From NCBI GenBank assembly GCA_013359225.1, contig JABWCG010000002.1:49470-113469 (forward strand): a DNA stretch of 64,000 nt, read 5' to 3'. Below the pieces are notes generated by a model. The model did not search any database. It had not been told where the DNA came from and saw only the letters and a program-made list of their open reading frames with translations. Below are positions 31,278-41,179 of this stretch, piece after piece (position 1 is the first letter of the stretch; each line of letters opens with the position of its first letter). Position numbers and translations under genes: made by a program. The stretch is from Candidatus Buchananbacteria bacterium. Lineage in GTDB: Bacteria; Patescibacteriota; Patescibacteriia; Buchananbacterales; UBA6539.

Positions 31278-32288
31278 ATGGCTACCAAAAAAGGAATTAT
31301 CAATAATTCTACCACTGATCCTAATAAAATTTTGCCGTTAACCTACCCTTGGGCGCGGCAGCACTACAAAAATGGTGTTGCGAATAACTGGGTGCCGGAA
31401 GAAGTTCCGATGCAGCAGGATATTGAGCTATGGAAAAAACAAGGTGCGGGTGCATTGACCGAAGATGAACGACGAATGATTTTATGGAACTTGGGATTTT
31501 TTTCCACAGCCGAAAGTTTAACCGCCAATAATATCGTTTTAGCGGTATATTCTCATGTTACTAATCCCGAATGTCGTCAGTATCTGTTGCGTCAGGCATA
31601 CGAGGAGGCAATTCACACCGACACCTTTATTTATTGTTGTGATTCTTTGGGGCTTGATCCAGACGAAGTCTATAAGATGTATGAGACCATCCCAAGTATT
31701 AAGGATAAAGATGATTTTGTGGTAAACATGACTAAGTCAGTTTTGGATCCTAACTTTAATACCAAGGGGGTAGAGAATACACAGCGGTTTGTTCATGATT
31801 TGATTGGCTTTTATGTTATCATGGAAGGGATTTTCTTTTATGCCGGATTTGCGATGATGTTGTCATTGTTGCGTAATAATAAAATGGTTGGTGTTGGTGA
31901 GCAATTTCAGTTTATTTTGCGTGATGAATCAGTTCACTTGGCGTTTGGTACGGATTTGATTAATACGATTGTTGCTGAGAATCCGGAAATTTGGACGCCA
32001 GAATTCAAAAAACTGACTACCGATAACATTAAAAAAGCCGTTGAACTTGAACACTTATATGCTAAAGATGCGTTGCCTCGAGGCATCCTTGGTCTGCGAG
32101 AAGATATCATTAGAGAGTATTTGGAATATATTGCAGACCGCCGGCTTGAGCGAATTGGTTTGGAAAAAGTCTATGGTTCGGCTAACCCTTTCCCGTGGAT
32201 GAGTGAAATTATTGACGTGCGTAAAGAAAAAAACTTTTTTGAAACACGTGTCACGGAATATCAAACCAGCGGTAATTTAGAATGGTAA
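31278..32288 (+). CDS. nrdB: Ribonucleotide reductase beta subunit, class Ic (R2c) signature
   Basis: FSTAESL (Glu ligand), EEAIHTDTF (Phe at the radical-Tyr position), EGIFFY, RDESVH, NFFETRVTEY. Confidence 0.93.
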   Translation: MATKKGIINNSTTDPNKILPLTYPWARQHYKNGVANNWVPEEVPMQQDIELWKKQGAGALTEDERRMILWNLGFFSTAESLTANNIVLAVYSHVTNPECRQYLLRQAYEEAIHTDTFIYCCDSLGLDPDEVYKMYETIPSIKDKDDFVVNMTKSVLDPNFNTKGVENTQRFVHDLIGFYVIMEGIFFYAGFAMMLSLLRNNKMVGVGEQFQFILRDESVHLAFGTDLINTIVAENPEIWTPEFKKLTTDNIKKAVELEHLYAKDALPRGILGLREDIIREYLEYIADRRLERIGLEKVYGSANPFPWMSEIIDVRKEKNFFETRVTEYQTSGNLEW

Positions 32289-32300
32289 AAACAAAGTATA

Positions 32301-32333
32301 AAAACAGCCCTGAATAGGCAGGGCTGTTTTTTT
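32301..32333 (+). terminator. Intrinsic terminator after nrdB
   Basis: AACAGCCCTG...CAGGGCTGTTTTTTT. Confidence 0.8.
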
Positions 32334-32461
32334 GTTCTGGTTAAGATTTATCTTGACGCAGCTTAATTCTTAGTGTAATATAAAAATCTTAGTTTACTAA
32401 GACACTATTTCTTTGACAATCTATTGTTAGGAAAACATCGTTCAACACAGGAGAGTTTCGT

Positions 32462-33853
32462 ATGTCAGGATTGAACCCGGATTTGTTTCATTCAGTGGGC
32501 CTAGGATTGTTTGGTGTTGCAATTGTTCACACATTCTTCACTAAGTTTTTTGAAAACCTTGGACACATTGAATTGGAACACTATCACTTTCAATCAAGGT
32601 CAGTGGCAAACGATTTTTTGTCGGAAGCCGGAAAGCTTGATTTGTTTTTGGCCAGACACGAAGCTCTGGCTAGGTTCATCTTTCGTCACCGTGGTGCTTT
32701 GCGCCTGATCGGCGAGCCGGAAATGGTATTTCCGTTTTGGGCGATTAATCTATGCATCTATATGTTTTTAGCCCTCGGCCAGGAACAGATGGTGCATTAT
32801 GTTGAAACGCTCAATTTGTCGGAACCAATGTTCGTAGCGGTGATTATGATGATTTCAGCCTCGCGGCCAGTCCGGCAGTTTGCCGAAAACGGCATGAAGT
32901 GTTTGGCTTGGCATTGCCCCGGCTCAAATAAAATCACCCTACTGTTTGTGCTGTTGTTTGTCGGACCCTTGCTGGGCAGCTTGATTACCGAACCAGCGGC
33001 CATGACCATTACAGCGTTGTTGCTGGGAAAGTTTTACTACCAGCAAATCAGTCACCGCAAACGCTATCGTCGGATGCGTTACAGTATTCTGGCGGTATTG
33101 TTGGTAAATGTTTCAATTGGTGGGGTGCTGACCCATTATGCTGCACCGCCGGTTGTTATGGTTGCCAATACGTGGAACTGGGACATGTCTTTTATGTTTT
33201 TCAACTTCGGTTGGAAAGCTGTTTTGGCCGTCTTGATCAATACGGTCTTGGTGATTGGGTTTAACTGGAAACAGTTGCAACAGTTAGATGAGCCAAGTGA
33301 CGAAGCTTTTGTTGCGAAGGTTCCTGGGCTGGTAGTTGGATTTCATCTGGTGTTGTTGGGCGGGGTTGTATACTTCAGCCACCATCCAAAGGTATTTTTG
33401 ATGATTTTTGCCATCTACTTCTTTAACGCCCTGGCATATGAACAATACCAGGATGAGAAACTGTTTTTCCGTCAAAGTATTATGGTCGGACTCTTTCTGG
33501 CCGGCCTGGTAACGATTGGTAGTTGCCAAAAGTGGTGGCTCCAGCCGCTCATTACAGGCTTGGACAGTGTGTCGCTTTTTGCCGGAACGGTTGGGTTGAC
33601 GGCGATAACTGATAATGCAGCCCTGACCTATCTTGGGTCAATTGTTGATGGTCTGACCGATCAATCAAAATATATGCTCGTTGCTGGTGCGGTTACCGGA
33701 GGCGGATTGACTATCATCGCAAATGCGCCAAACCCGGTTGGGATTAATATCCTCAAGGATTATTTTGGCTCTGACGCGGTGAGTTTTAAGAGTTTGTTTT
33801 TGTACGCCACAGCGCCGACTGCAATTGCTGCTTTGGCGTTTCTTGTTCTTTAA
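32462..33853 (+). CDS. Putative Na+/H+ antiporter (DUF1504-type)
   Basis: GSLITEPAAMT, NVSIGGVLTHYAAPP, TAITDNAALTYL, GGGLTIIANAPNP. Confidence 0.8.
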   Translation: MSGLNPDLFHSVGLGLFGVAIVHTFFTKFFENLGHIELEHYHFQSRSVANDFLSEAGKLDLFLARHEALARFIFRHRGALRLIGEPEMVFPFWAINLCIYMFLALGQEQMVHYVETLNLSEPMFVAVIMMISASRPVRQFAENGMKCLAWHCPGSNKITLLFVLLFVGPLLGSLITEPAAMTITALLLGKFYYQQISHRKRYRRMRYSILAVLLVNVSIGGVLTHYAAPPVVMVANTWNWDMSFMFFNFGWKAVLAVLINTVLVIGFNWKQLQQLDEPSDEAFVAKVPGLVVGFHLVLLGGVVYFSHHPKVFLMIFAIYFFNALAYEQYQDEKLFFRQSIMVGLFLAGLVTIGSCQKWWLQPLITGLDSVSLFAGTVGLTAITDNAALTYLGSIVDGLTDQSKYMLVAGAVTGGGLTIIANAPNPVGINILKDYFGSDAVSFKSLFLYATAPTAIAALAFLVL

Positions 33854-34803
33854 AGTGTTTTGTCCGCCATTGGTGTAGTGGCGGTTTTTATTTTCTTCAT
33901 AATATGTTTGAACGGAATAACCGTTAAGTTCCACGGAAAAACCGCCAAGATGGTTGGGATGACAATGTGAGGCTGATTGAAAAATTCATACGACAGGTAG
34001 ATCGCCGTGGTGATATTCATATACGTTAGGCAGATTGCAACGGTTACGCGATCTTGATGGCTGCGCCAAAAAACAATGAAATAACCGAATACTTGAAAAC
34101 CAATAAATAGCAACGAAACGGCTATCAGATAGATAAGTATTTTGCCATCTAGACCACCAAGAATTACGGCTGCTTGTTTAGACACGACTCCCATCATCAG
34201 TAGCCCTAACAAGATCAGGGAGATTTGGCCGAAAGACGGCTGAATTTTTTTTAGCCAGGAGCCCGAAAAATATTTCGCAATATTGGCTAGAGCAAACGGA
34301 ACCATGATGATTTTAACCAGTGACCAGAATACTCCCATAAAATCAGTTGGCACTTCGGTGGCGGCAGTTAATTTGATGACTAACGGAATAGTAAATGGCG
34401 CCAGTAGGGCGGTAGTGACCGTTAATACCAGTGCTAAACTAGGTTTACCGCCGACAATTTCTGCCAGCAGTGCCGATGCCATTGCTGTTGGCATAGCCGC
34501 AATCAGCATAAATGAAATGGCTAGTTCGGGGTAAATTATTTTCATCGCGTAGTAAATCGTCAGCGGAAAGATAAGCAGCATAATGACATTTACTAGAGTA
34601 ATAATGCCGATGCTGGTTTTTAGCTGAGTAAGAACGTCTTTTAAATTTACCTCAATGGCGATGAAAAAAAACATTGCCGCAAGCAGTAAATTGATATGTG
34701 GTGAAAAAATTTTGGTTTGTTCCGGTAATGCTAAGCCAAGTGCTAGTGATAGACAAACAATGAACAAGTAAGATTGAAAAAGTTTAGTGAGTAGTTTAAT
34801 CAT
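33850..34803 (-). CDS. Bile acid:sodium symporter family transporter
   Basis: AMPTAMAS, GGKPSLAL, LLAPFTIP; about 10 TM helices. Confidence 0.85.
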   Translation of the reverse strand: MIKLLTKLFQSYLFIVCLSLALGLALPEQTKIFSPHINLLLAAMFFFIAIEVNLKDVLTQLKTSIGIITLVNVIMLLIFPLTIYYAMKIIYPELAISFMLIAAMPTAMASALLAEIVGGKPSLALVLTVTTALLAPFTIPLVIKLTAATEVPTDFMGVFWSLVKIIMVPFALANIAKYFSGSWLKKIQPSFGQISLILLGLLMMGVVSKQAAVILGGLDGKILIYLIAVSLLFIGFQVFGYFIVFWRSHQDRVTVAICLTYMNITTAIYLSYEFFNQPHIVIPTILAVFPWNLTVIPFKHIMKKIKTATTPMADKTL

Positions 34804-34813
34804 GATGATTGGG

Positions 34814-35320
34814 TTATATTTTTCTTGAGTCGTATGCCCAGTGAAGTAATGCTTGTCGCTGCCGGCGCCGGCAGGTTATATCTCCCTGGAGACAATTATT
34901 TTTAATTTGTGCTATATGACGCCTGATCATTTTCCAACGTTTAATTTGCCGGATATCTTCTTCGGGGAGGCGCCGGCCCAGATAGTACCGGCAATACCAT
35001 TGAAACCAACCACGAGGGTCATGAGAATTGATCCAGCCTTTACGGCGCCATTCGACCAGCGGTTGACTGGCATCCACTTTAAAATAGTTAAAGTTGATAT
35101 CTTTTTTCTTCGGTGACAGTTTTGCCTTTTTAAACCAGTCTTTAGGAAATTCTTTTTGGCAGTCAGTAAGGTATTTACCTCCAAAGACTCCCAGTTCAAG
35201 CATTTGTTTTGGTGTCAGTTGAGGTTTAAAATCAGGGTTAAAATTTTTCCCCGCTGGTTCGGTTAAATAGTAAACATACTGTTTTTGCATTTTGTCGTTA
35301 ACAACAATCTTTTTTTTCAT
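34814..35320 (-). CDS. Conserved hypothetical protein
   Basis: LTPKQMLELGVFGGKY, DPRGWFQWYCRYYLGRR, RQALLHWAYD; family familiar, function unknown. Confidence 0.75.
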   Translation of the reverse strand: MKKKIVVNDKMQKQYVYYLTEPAGKNFNPDFKPQLTPKQMLELGVFGGKYLTDCQKEFPKDWFKKAKLSPKKKDINFNYFKVDASQPLVEWRRKGWINSHDPRGWFQWYCRYYLGRRLPEEDIRQIKRWKMIRRHIAQIKNNCLQGDITCRRRQRQALLHWAYDSRKI

Positions 35321-35502
35321 ATGTATATTATATCAAAATTACATCATGCTGTGCTAACAATGTTTTGAGGAATTGACAAAATGCTTAAAATATGCTACTA
35401 TTTAATTATTAATTAAATAAAGTGTTTTGTGGGACTTAACGTCAGAAAACCCTAACAAGTTTACTAACCAAAGTTTGCAAAATACGCCAAGGTATTATCC
35501 CA

Positions 35503-35676
35503 ATGGACAACAGAGGCCAATTTGGTCCTCGTCAGATGGTTCAGGGAAACTGGCAGTGTTCAGAGTGCGGTGCTCAAATCACCGAGCTGCCATTTGAACC
35601 AGATGGTGACCGGCCAATTTTCTGTCGCGACTGTCATCGAAAGAAACGAGACAGTAAACCACCTAGACGATTTTAA
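35503..35676 (+). CDS. CxxC-x17-CxxC-type small zinc-ribbon protein (absent from the ORF track)
   Basis: Manual translation MDNRGQFGPRQMVQGNWQCSECGAQITELPFEPDGDRPIFCRDCHRKKRDSKPPRRF; promoter at 35373, terminator at ~35687-35716. Confidence 0.88.
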   Translation: MDNRGQFGPRQMVQGNWQCSECGAQITELPFEPDGDRPIFCRDCHRKKRDSKPPRRF

Positions 35677-35725
35677 CAGGAAAACAAAAACCCCTTAGCT
35701 AAGGGGTTTTTGTTTTGCAGGAATA

Positions 35726-36997
35726 TTATTTTAAAAATTGGTCAAAGAATTCGACCGTTCGTTTCATAACAGTTGGCCATGCCTGAATAAACTCATGCGG
35801 TTCGTTAGGGTAGACAAAGTATTCAACCGTTTTTGATTTATTCTTTAAGGCTGCTTCAAGTTCGTCTGACCAGGCTAGGGGAACTGACTCGTCAGCGGTG
35901 CCGTGGTGGATTTGAATTGGAGTATTGACGCGGTCAAAATAATTAATAGCTGAAATACCCTCCCAAAATTCAGGACTGGTTGTCGGGCTGCCATACAACA
36001 TCTCAATTTTAACGGCTATCTCGCGGCGTTGCCTAGTCCATTTATCATAATTTTTTTGATAGTCAGCGCTGACTGGCGCAAACAGGACGGCGGCTTTTAT
36101 TAATGTTGGCTTGATGACAAGCGTATTAAGGGTAATGCCGCCGCCCATTGAATGTCCAAGCATGCCGATATTGTCTTTGTCAAAAAAAGTAAATTCGGAA
36201 TTTTTGACGGCATAAACAGCATTGATAACGTCTTGCGTGTAGCCAAGACGAAAATCAAGTTCACTGTTAGGATCTTTGTCTGATTGGGCGTGGTTACGGT
36301 AGTCGGGATGAATAACAATATAACCTTGTCGTGCCAGGTAATCTTGTTCGCGTTTTAAGCCGCGTCCGTTGGTGTAAATTGCCGGGTCAATATAGCCGTG
36401 GTTTAAAATTAATACAGGAAATGGCCCGGCCCCTTTTGGCACATTCATGATGCCTGAAATCTTGAGGTCGCCGCTGAGGTATGTGATATAGTGGCGGGTA
36501 TAAGATTCATTTTCTGCCAGAATATTGCCCAGCGTAAGTTCGCGCCCGTCATATTGTCTTTCCATCATAGCATCGATACTAACCGGGCGAGGAGTTTTTT
36601 CTTCACCGGAGTTTGCGACCTGGCTATCAACTACGGCCGCACATTGTCCGCTCAAACAGGCGCAAGGAAACCGACTGGTCACGTCCCATTTGCTGCAGTC
36701 ACAATCAGCGTCAGCTTTGCAGCTTACTTGATAGCTTACGCTTTCTGCGGAGTTATTGGAGTGTTCCCATATTGGACATGCCACAATACAATTACCCTGC
36801 TGGCAGTAGGCCTGAAACGGACAGCTGGACCTAACGGCATATTCCATCGGCAGTGAACAATCGGCATCAGTCCGACAATCAACAGTGACATTATGATCTT
36901 GATTATTTCCAACTGGTTGGGCTTTTTTTGGGTTAACACAACCGCTGGTTAATAAGAGCAGCAGGAAACCTAAGTAGATAAAGACATTTTTTTTCAT
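35726..36997 (-). CDS. Alpha/beta-hydrolase (S9 peptidase-like) lipoprotein with Cys-rich N-terminal repeats
   Basis: Lipobox TSGC, GHSMGG, HHGTADESVP, EPHEF; ATG at 36997 preferred as start. Confidence 0.85.
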   Translation of the reverse strand: MKKNVFIYLGFLLLLLTSGCVNPKKAQPVGNNQDHNVTVDCRTDADCSLPMEYAVRSSCPFQAYCQQGNCIVACPIWEHSNNSAESVSYQVSCKADADCDCSKWDVTSRFPCACLSGQCAAVVDSQVANSGEEKTPRPVSIDAMMERQYDGRELTLGNILAENESYTRHYITYLSGDLKISGIMNVPKGAGPFPVLILNHGYIDPAIYTNGRGLKREQDYLARQGYIVIHPDYRNHAQSDKDPNSELDFRLGYTQDVINAVYAVKNSEFTFFDKDNIGMLGHSMGGGITLNTLVIKPTLIKAAVLFAPVSADYQKNYDKWTRQRREIAVKIEMLYGSPTTSPEFWEGISAINYFDRVNTPIQIHHGTADESVPLAWSDELEAALKNKSKTVEYFVYPNEPHEFIQAWPTVMKRTVEFFDQFLK

Positions 36998-37058
36998 AGT
37001 TTTATTATTGTAGCAAAGAAAAGGCTTGTTGACGATTGATATTATTTTATTTATCATT

Positions 37059-37979
37059 ATGATGATGAAACGAGAACAATTTATTCCACACTTAGAGCAA
37101 GAGCAGCCTCGAAATCTTAAGGAGATTTTGGAGGGTTTGGCGTTGCCGGCGCAAATCATTGAGCTTGATTCGTCTACTGAGGCGGAGGCTAAAAATCAGA
37201 AATCATTTCGTATTGATATTACTGATCGAGAAGCATGGGACAACGAAGAAACGGCGGAAAAGTTAACACCTTATTTGGGCGAATTGGCCTGGCTGGCATT
37301 TAGTGATCGCAACGAGAAGAGAAAGTTTGATCTTAATGATTCCGAGATGCGAGCTAAAGCTAAAGATGAAATTTTTACCAGCGATGTCGCCTTGGCTGAT
37401 CATATTTATGTTATTGCTGAAGGCGAACGGGCTCTTGGTTTTCTGGCCGCTAACGATTGGGAATTACCAGATAATGAACGGGGATGTGTTGTTGGTTTAA
37501 CTGTAGCGTTGCGTGAAGAACGCGGTAAGGGGATTGGTAAGGAGCTTTATCATAAAGTTTTTGGTTCAGGCGAGTATGATGCGATATTGGGCTGTTCCAG
37601 TACGCCGGCAGCCATTAAAAATCGGCTGGAAGTCGGTAAGGAACATGGCTATGTTGGCTATTATTGTGGTTTTAAAGATGGTGAGTACGGCAATCTTGGT
37701 TCGGAAGCTCAACAGGCTAAAGTCCAACAATTGAGCCAGGAGTTAGTTAAGGACTATGTTGATTGTGATGTGACAGTGCCGCCTGATGAGATGCCAAAAA
37801 ATTTTATTGTGGTTCGTGAAGATATCGGTCCGATCCCGCCAGTCAAAGAAAGCGATATTAGATTTGATGGGACTAATCTGGCGCTTGATCAGACTTTCCG
37901 AGAATCATTGTTAAAAACCCAGGAAAAATTTTTGCCCCATACGGTCTATGGCAATCTGATTAATTTTAAAAGTAAATAA
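37059..37979 (+). CDS. Hypothetical acidic protein, possible GNAT fold
   Basis: EERGKGIGKELY resembles the acetyl-CoA-binding motif A. Confidence 0.5.
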   Translation: MMMKREQFIPHLEQEQPRNLKEILEGLALPAQIIELDSSTEAEAKNQKSFRIDITDREAWDNEETAEKLTPYLGELAWLAFSDRNEKRKFDLNDSEMRAKAKDEIFTSDVALADHIYVIAEGERALGFLAANDWELPDNERGCVVGLTVALREERGKGIGKELYHKVFGSGEYDAILGCSSTPAAIKNRLEVGKEHGYVGYYCGFKDGEYGNLGSEAQQAKVQQLSQELVKDYVDCDVTVPPDEMPKNFIVVREDIGPIPPVKESDIRFDGTNLALDQTFRESLLKTQEKFLPHTVYGNLINFKSK

Positions 37980-38032
37980 GTTTTTATTATCAAAAAAACC
38001 GGTCGCCTAAGGTGACCGGTTTTGATGTTAAT

Positions 38033-38710
38033 TTATTGGCAATTAAATGCCTGACGGCACCGTTGTTGTGCTTCAACCGGTGCCTGATCGCAGGCTAAAC
38101 ATTCTGCACTGATGGTTTTGTCGGTTGTGGCTTGTGTTTTGCTACCGGCGTTGACGTTTAGAGCGCCGTCAGTCGTTGGGACAGTCGGCATCATTTTTTG
38201 GATTGTTGCTTCTAGATCGGTGAACGTTACTTCGGCCGGCAACTCAAATTTAGTTTCATCAAGTTGCCAAGGCTCGCAGTCAACGGTCATTTTTTTGTCA
38301 ATATCAACGCGTGTGGCATCGGTGGCTTGAGCAGAGTCGGTTTGATCAAGGCCCATCATAAAACCCTGGGTTTGACCATTAAGCCAAAAATTGATTTTAT
38401 TATTGGTAGAAATCATGTGACTATTAAACATTTGGCCGTTGATGGTTGAGGAAAAATCACCCCGCATTTTGCCGCCGCCAATAAAAACAACACCCTCATT
38501 TTTAGCAGTTTCGTTTGTTTCGGCAAAGGTACAGCGCTGAGGTGTGGGACTAGTTAATAATTCGCGTAGCGATTTGCCTGGTATGGTTTCGTCAAGCACC
38601 ATGTTGGTATTGCCACTTTGATTTTTAATAGACATCATCCAGTAAACGCCGCCGGCAATGAGCGCAATAATAAGTAAGGCGATAATTCCGATTATAATAT
38701 TTTTATTCAT
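38033..38710 (-). CDS. Hypothetical membrane-anchored exported protein
   Basis: N-terminal TM; CTF...GKMRGD...CEPW motif pattern. Confidence 0.65.
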   Translation of the reverse strand: MNKNIIIGIIALLIIALIAGGVYWMMSIKNQSGNTNMVLDETIPGKSLRELLTSPTPQRCTFAETNETAKNEGVVFIGGGKMRGDFSSTINGQMFNSHMISTNNKINFWLNGQTQGFMMGLDQTDSAQATDATRVDIDKKMTVDCEPWQLDETKFELPAEVTFTDLEATIQKMMPTVPTTDGALNVNAGSKTQATTDKTISAECLACDQAPVEAQQRCRQAFNCQ

Positions 38711-38722
38711 AGCTGATAGTGT

Positions 38723-39652
38723 TTATAATGAATTAGTTTTTTCCTGTCGCTTTAATTCGCGATACGAGAGAGCTAAAAAGATTACTAATAGTAACATGGT
38801 GTTAAGCGGCGCTAGCCAGAAAGGATATTCTCGGCCGAAACTTTCTAAAATCATTAATGTGCCCAAGACGCCGATTGAATACATTGCACCGTTTTTAAGA
38901 TAGGCAAGTTTGGCAACAACATCAATACCTTTAACGGTAAGTTCCCGGACAACAAACGCGCCGATACCGTTACCAATAATGATGAGCGGAATAGACAGGG
39001 TGAAGGCAAATGCTCCGATAACGCCGTCAATTGAAAAGGAGGCATCTAGAATTTCCAAATAAAGGATTTTACTCCAGGCGCTGACGTGCGGATCGAGCAG
39101 GGCTTTTTCTTTTTCCTCGGCATTTTTTTTGAAACCGTCAGTAATAAAAAAAGCTGAAGCGCCAATTGATGCCGATAACGCCAGCCAGGCGTTCTCCTTA
39201 ACGGCGTAGTAGATTACGGTTGTTAGAACTAGTGAGGCGATGGCATAAAACCAAAAACCCCTCGCATGAATCCAGCGTTCACTGCGGAAAGCATATTTTT
39301 TTTCTTCCAAAAATAGCCAGCCCAAAGAAACAAAGAATAGGTACATGCCGCCGCCCAATAGTAATAAGGCTTTAGAATGGTGGAGCGATTCCTCAATTGC
39401 TTCTTCGGATGTTGATAGGGCGAGCGCAAGAATTTCACTGAATGACGCCGTTGAATTAGCCAGCCAGATAATGATAAACGGCAGGATGCCGCGAACAATA
39501 AAAACGGCGAAGATGATGCCCCAGGTCATAAAAATACGCCGGTATTTTTCCGGCATGGTTTTTAAAACATGAGCATTAATGATGGCATTGTCAACGCTTG
39601 AAATTACTTCAAACAAAATAAGGCCTAAAATGACAATAAGAGCGCTGAACAT
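38723..39652 (-). CDS. DUF475 / TerC-like membrane protein
   Basis: FEVISSVDNAIINA, YLEILDASFSIDGVIGAFA. Confidence 0.85.
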   Translation of the reverse strand: MFSALIVILGLILFEVISSVDNAIINAHVLKTMPEKYRRIFMTWGIIFAVFIVRGILPFIIIWLANSTASFSEILALALSTSEEAIEESLHHSKALLLLGGGMYLFFVSLGWLFLEEKKYAFRSERWIHARGFWFYAIASLVLTTVIYYAVKENAWLALSASIGASAFFITDGFKKNAEEKEKALLDPHVSAWSKILYLEILDASFSIDGVIGAFAFTLSIPLIIIGNGIGAFVVRELTVKGIDVVAKLAYLKNGAMYSIGVLGTLMILESFGREYPFWLAPLNTMLLLVIFLALSYRELKRQEKTNSL

Positions 39653-39702
39653 GGATGATTAATAAATAAGATAAACTTTTAAGTATAGTATATCAAATAA
39701 TT

Positions 39703-40362
39703 TTATTGCTGACCATTGTCAGTGCTACCTCGCAACAATTTGATACCCAGGTAGGAAAGCGGGGTATAAATAACTCCCATGCCGAATTTAAATAGCCACC
39801 AGGGCAAGATAATCATGATCAGGGTTTTGGGTGGGTACACTCCGGCGAAAGCAATTGTTGTCCAGATTGCCGTGTCTAAAAATTGTCCCCACAGATTAGA
39901 AAGGTTTGAGCGCAGCCAGAAGTATTTGCCGGAAAATTTAGCCCGAAGATAAAAAAAGGAAAAGACATCTTGATATTCACCGATGATGAAAGCTACCAAA
40001 GATGCCAAGGTAAAACGCCAGGACAACCCAAAAATTTGACCATAGGCATCAGCCATAAAAAAGTCAGCTGACGCCGGCATCAAATTGGATATACTATTAA
40101 ATATTAAAAAAACAATCAAGCTCATAATGCCCATACGAACAAACAGTCTTGCTGTTGCCTTGCCATATACTTCGCCGATGACATCGGTCATCAAAAAGAC
40201 TACCGGAAAAGCGAAAATCGCCGTTGAAAGATGAGTACCAAATAAAAACGGCATCAGCTTGATTCCTATCGTGTTTGACACAAATTGGCAGGTCAGGTAG
40301 AGAGTTAACGCTCCGGCCAGTTTTTTGTCGATCGCTAGGTTTGGTTGGTTTGGTGAGGGCAT
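39703..40362 (-). CDS. Queuosine precursor transporter (YhhQ/VUT family)
   Basis: FPVVFLMTDVIGEVYG, ASLVAFIIGEYQD, WLRSNLS..GQFLDT. Confidence 0.85.
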   Translation of the reverse strand: MPSPNQPNLAIDKKLAGALTLYLTCQFVSNTIGIKLMPFLFGTHLSTAIFAFPVVFLMTDVIGEVYGKATARLFVRMGIMSLIVFLIFNSISNLMPASADFFMADAYGQIFGLSWRFTLASLVAFIIGEYQDVFSFFYLRAKFSGKYFWLRSNLSNLWGQFLDTAIWTTIAFAGVYPPKTLIMIILPWWLFKFGMGVIYTPLSYLGIKLLRGSTDNGQQ

Positions 40363-40491
40363 GGTTTAGAGTATATCAAGAATAATCCTATAAAACAAGG
40401 GGTTTTTGCAAACCAAAGTCGAGTTGACAGCTGTAGGGTTAAGATGCTAATTTAATTAGCTGTCCTTTTTACCAGAGGGAGGGTGTTGGTC

Positions 40492-41085
40492 ATGACGATT
40501 GTAGTTAACCGCCAGGATTTTTTTGATCTGTTAGCGACGCGCCTGTCGCCAGACGACCTTGAACAAATCGGTGCTGCCTATGAGTTTTCCAAATATGGAC
40601 ATCGCAATCAGTTTCGGGACGACGGGGGACGGTATTTTGATCACCCGCGTTCCGTGGCACTGATCATCTTTGAAGAACTCAAACTTGCCGATTGGCAAAT
40701 GATTGTTGCGGCATTGCTGCACGACATTCGTGAGGATTCGTATATCCTGACCGAGCAACGCATCGCCCTCAATTTTGGCACGACGGTTGCCGGCTGGATT
40801 AAGCTGCTAACCAAAGAGTCTGGTGTTGATTATCATGCCAGATTGCAAAGTTGCCGAATTTGGCAGGTGTGGGTTTTGAAGCTATCAGACCGGCTTCATA
40901 ATTTGCGAACGCTTGACGGCTGTACGCCAGAAAAGTGCCGCCGCCAAATCACTGAAACTCGGGAAGTCTATATCCCGCTGGCCGAACAATTATTGCTTTT
41001 GTTGCCACCCGATCAAAAACACGTTGGGCAGCATCTTAAGCGAGAGATTGAGGCGCTGTGTGATCGTTATGACGCCAATCCTTGA
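40492..41085 (+). CDS. HD-domain RelA/SpoT-type small alarmone hydrolase-like protein
   Basis: H.NQFRDDGGRYFDHP, AALLHDIRED, KLSDRLHNLRTL; no synthetase domain. Confidence 0.8.
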   Translation: MTIVVNRQDFFDLLATRLSPDDLEQIGAAYEFSKYGHRNQFRDDGGRYFDHPRSVALIIFEELKLADWQMIVAALLHDIREDSYILTEQRIALNFGTTVAGWIKLLTKESGVDYHARLQSCRIWQVWVLKLSDRLHNLRTLDGCTPEKCRRQITETREVYIPLAEQLLLLLPPDQKHVGQHLKREIEALCDRYDANP

Positions 41086-41179
41086 CCGCTTGCTTTTTCC
41101 AACCCCAGGGTTTGATTGGCGTAGCGGTCTTTTTATGTAAGGTTTGATAAAAAGATTTTTTTTGTTATACTAAAACAAT

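Noticed and set aside
32462-33853. Joint transfer of the DUF1504 antiporter with the class Ic RNR from a Chlamydia-like donor
   Set aside because: The genes are separated by a terminator and a new promoter; adjacency alone is not evidence without phylogenies.
40363-40430. preQ1 riboswitch upstream of the queuosine-precursor transporter
   Set aside because: A -10 box sits 7 nt from the ATG, leaving no room for a leader.
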